From positions 24,552,001 to 24,616,000 of the forward strand of contig NC_091999.1 of assembly GCF_044704955.1 (NCBI RefSeq): a stretch of 64,000 nt of DNA, written 5' to 3'. Every line of letters starts with the position of its first letter. Position 1 is the first letter of the stretch. Positions 63,155-64,000 of the stretch are shown here, one piece after another. The notes under the pieces are model-generated. The model was not told where the DNA came from. It did not search any database and saw only the letters and a program-made list of their open reading frames with translations. Source of the DNA: Pristiophorus japonicus (lineage: Eukaryota). The translations under genes were made by a program, and so were the position numbers.

Positions 63155-64000
63155 ATTAGTGCCCATGATGGTAAAAATGAAACTGCACCTGTACCTGGCA
63201 GGAGGTTAATAAATCTGCAATTATCTGGCATTATTTCTCTCATTACACCAGACCCCGTCGCAGTTTTTACCGCGCTAGATCCAGTCTCAGTTTATAAGGT
63301 TGATGTGGTGGCCTTCTAAAAGGTGTTTGATAAAGTGCCTTAATAATAACCTTGCCATAAAAATTTAACCACATAGAATAAAGAGGACAGTGCCAGCATG
63401 GATATGAAATTGGCTGAGTGACAGGAACCACAGAGTAGTGGTTACCAGTTATTTTTTGTTGGACTGGGGTAAGGTATATTGTGGTATTCTGCAGCGGTTG
63501 GTACGAGGAACACTGCGTTTCTTCATTTATATTCATGACTTAGACTTAGGAGTACAGGGTACAATTTCGAAATTTGCAGATGATACAAAACTTGGAAGTA
63601 GAGGGAACAGTGAGGAGGATAGTGATGACTTCAAGAGGACATAGACATGCTGATGGAAGGGGTGCACTCGGGGCAAATGAAATGGAGAAAAGTGTGAAAT
63701 GAATCATTTTTATAAGACGAATGAGGAGAGGAAAAATAAACTCAATGTACAATACTACAGGAGCTGCATGAACACAGTGACCTGAAGGTAAATGTGCACA
63801 AATCATTGAAGGTGGCAGGGCCGGTTGAGAAAATGGTCAAAAAAGCTTACATAATCCTGGGCTTCATAAATACACGCATAGAGTACAAAAGAAAGGAAGT
63901 TATGATGAACTTCACCTGGAGTATTGTGTCCAATTCTTTAGGAAGGATGTAAAGCTTGAGAGAGGATTCAGAAAAGATTTACAATTATGGTTCCAGGGAT

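Overview
Repeat-rich cartilaginous-fish (shark-type) genomic DNA containing one complete IgM heavy-chain cluster on the minus strand (~11.76-29.88 kb). The cluster has leader, VH, JH, Cmu1-4 with secretory tail, and TM1/TM2, all with open frames and GT-AG splice sites. Its most notable property is a VD–DJ configuration. The VH runs directly into a D-like segment followed by a 22-spacer RSS. The JH is preceded by a short D-like segment and a 12-spacer RSS. No free D lies between them, so one recombination step remains, and a blunt join is in frame ([17 protein letters not shown]). Left of the gene are a decayed Gypsy pol interrupted by a class III (ERV-S-like, tRNA-Ser PBS) provirus with an internally deleted env and no TSD, then two promoter-like CpG modules with VNTRs. 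A near-full-length CR1 ORF2 sits in the Cmu4–TM1 intron. Right of the gene (31-64 kb) are assembly gaps, a 27-bp satellite in both orientations, many CR1 fragments, DeuSINEs, two pairs of segmental duplications, and a deleted class I ERV whose env lacks the immunosuppressive domain. Family assignments come from recalled motifs, not database searches.
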